Shown: positions 62,185 to 64,000 of the stretch, piece by piece | How the letters are laid out: the number at the start of each line of letters is the position of its first letter | Numbering within the stretch: position 1 is the first letter of the stretch | NCBI RefSeq assembly: GCF_032191835.1 | Contig: NC_083225.1 | Span: 71,610,001 to 71,674,000, forward strand | Length of the DNA stretch: 64,000 nucleotides | Source of the DNA: Heteronotia binoei | Taxonomy: Eukaryota | Direction of reading: 5' to 3' | The notes under the pieces: generated by a model | Databases searched by the model: none | Told to the model about the DNA's origin: nothing | Seen by the model: the letters and a program-made list of their open reading frames with translations, nothing else | Position numbers and translations under genes: made by a program

Positions 62185-63031
62185 GTACAGATCTATTGTA
62201 CTTCTTTTTATGTTGGCAAAAGGTGGTTCAAGTTAGTTGTTTTTATTTACGGTGAGCATGTCTCTTATCACAGAGCTTTATGACTAACAAATGTAGGGTT
62301 ATGAGTCAAGGATTTAGCAGAACTTTGTGCCACATAAATTAGTTAAATGTCTTTTGAATATCCCTTATGTCAGTGTTGTTAAAACTGGAACAAGTTGGCA
62401 GGGCTGTCATTGTCTTATATAATATATTGCCACTAACATTTATGGGATGTGATGTCCAGTTCTCTTACATATAAGAGCAGAGAGTTCCATTTTGTCAAAC
62501 ATGAAAAGGTCTATTTGAATTTAACTGAAATTAAATCATTCTCAAATTTAAAGGGGTTAGTCATCTCTTGTATGGTTGTCATGTATGTCTGACCAAATAA
62601 GAATAGCAAGCAAATGGTTCTTCTAGACAATAAATAATAATACAAGTCCAGATTGAATAGCCAACACTTGCCCTTTCATTCCTCATGCAGAGCCACAATA
62701 ATTAGCTGTTTCTGGATTTAAAACAATCACTTGCCATTAAAGTCAATCCTCAGAACCACAATTCCAAAGCCATTGTTAGGAATTATGATTTTGCAGGGCA
62801 AGGGATAATTTTTGTTTCCTGGTTCAGCTTAGCAGTAATAACTACAGCTGGCCTGAAACAAAAGAATAACTATTTTATCACATAGAAATGGAGGAGGAAG
62901 GTAAGTTGGAAATCACATGGTTACAAGAATTCCCACCTCCCCAGGCCTGTGCACATAGCAGCAGAAGTTGGCTGCTACATCAATCATAACAACATTATTA
63001 ACTGATTTATAACTTTTAAGTATATTGCTTA

Positions 63032-63320
63032 AAGGTAAAGGTAGTCCTCTGTGCAAGTTGTTGTTTCCAATTCTGGGATGATGTCGCATCACGTTTTCAT
63101 GGCAGACTTTTTATGGGGTGGTTTGCCATTGCCTTTCCCAGTCATCTACACTTTACCCCCAGCAAGCTGGGTACTCATTTTACCAACCTTGAAAAGACGG
63201 AAGGCTGAGTCAACCTTGAGCTGGCTACCTGAACCCAGCTTCCACTGGGAGCAAATGCAAGTCATGAGCAGAGCTTGGATTGCAGTACTGCAGCTTACCA
63301 TTCTGCGCCACAGGGCTCCT
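63032..63320 (-). mobile_element. Sauria SINE, full length
   Basis: 13-bp TSD AGTATATTGCTTA (63019-63031, 63321-63333). Confidence 0.9.
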
Positions 63321-64000
63321 AGTATATTGCTTACTGACTTTATCTTACCACAAGTAGAGACCCCATGAGACTAATGGGGAAAGGAATCCCATCCTTTTAT
63401 TATCTCTGCCCAGCCCTTCCCTCCCCCTGCTGCCAGCTGTCTTTCACTCTTCCTGCTCCCTGCCCCATCTTCCTCCTCCTGGGCTGACCTGGTAGTGCAC
63501 CCTTGCCCTCCCCACCACATCTGATTTCATTCTCTTTTGCTTCCCTGAGGGCTGGCTGTACTTGGCCTCCTTTTCTTGGTTTTTGAAGCTGCATTGGGGC
63601 CAGGTACAGAATTAGATATATGACTGCATAATTTTGCTGTTTAGAGAAGAATTTTCTTTCAAGAGACTTGAGCTGTTTTCTTTTTCTCATTCTCTTGTTG
63701 GTTGTTTATTTTATTTCATGAAGATTTTTCTTACTATAAGGAAAAAATGCCTGAACAGAGGAGTCACCTATGTCTTCCTCTTTCATCAAACTACCATAGC
63801 AATCCTAAGCAGACTTATGCCTTTCTAAGCCTATTGAAGTCAATGGTCTTAGAAATATGTAATTTTATTTATGTCCAAATAGAATATGCTCATTTACAGA
63901 GTAGACAAATTTCATAATCAGAGGTAATTTTATTCCTTTTCCTCTATTCTTGCTTAAAAGGTAACATTATTTTTCAATAGGGAAGAAAGGGCAGCAACTA

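Larger units (their letters stand above)
1..64000 (+). other. NHS: NHS transcription unit (partial): 3' part of intron 1 through intron 4
   Basis: Four GT-AG exons in compatible phases translate to the NHS N-terminal region. No exon 1 (MPFAKR...) or exon 5 (GVGFDREASIRC...) sequence was found in the window. Confidence 0.93.

Overview
This is vertebrate genomic DNA from a squamate reptile, probably a gecko, judged from its repeat families. The window lies inside one protein-coding gene on the + strand, NHS (Nance-Horan syndrome actin remodeling regulator). About 44 kb of intron 1 is followed by four coding exons found by reading splice sites and translating by hand: exon 2 (44254-44406), exon 3 (49691-49818), alternative exon 3a (59830-59892) and exon 4 (61992-62184). 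Only exon 4 appears in the supplied ORF track; exon 1 and exons 5 onward lie outside the window. The rest is intron densely filled with transposon relics: many non-autonomous hAT elements with 8-bp target-site duplications (TSDs), CR1, L2 and RTE LINE fragments, tRNA- and 5S-derived SINEs, a truncated Ty3/Gypsy element and Penelope-like palindromes. There are no genuine tRNA or rRNA genes, no CRISPR array and no prokaryotic system. The best leads concern NHS RNA processing. Exons 2-4 are phase-symmetric and flanked by inverted Sauria SINEs, which predicts a circular RNA with a stop-free frame. Other leads are a candidate 25-nt poison microexon, a QKI/MBNL motif module after exon 3a, a candidate internal promoter, a 39-bp fold-back SINE hairpin and a tandem array of double hairpins. 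Family and gene assignments come from recalled consensus sequences, not from database searches. Repeat boundaries without a stated TSD are approximate.
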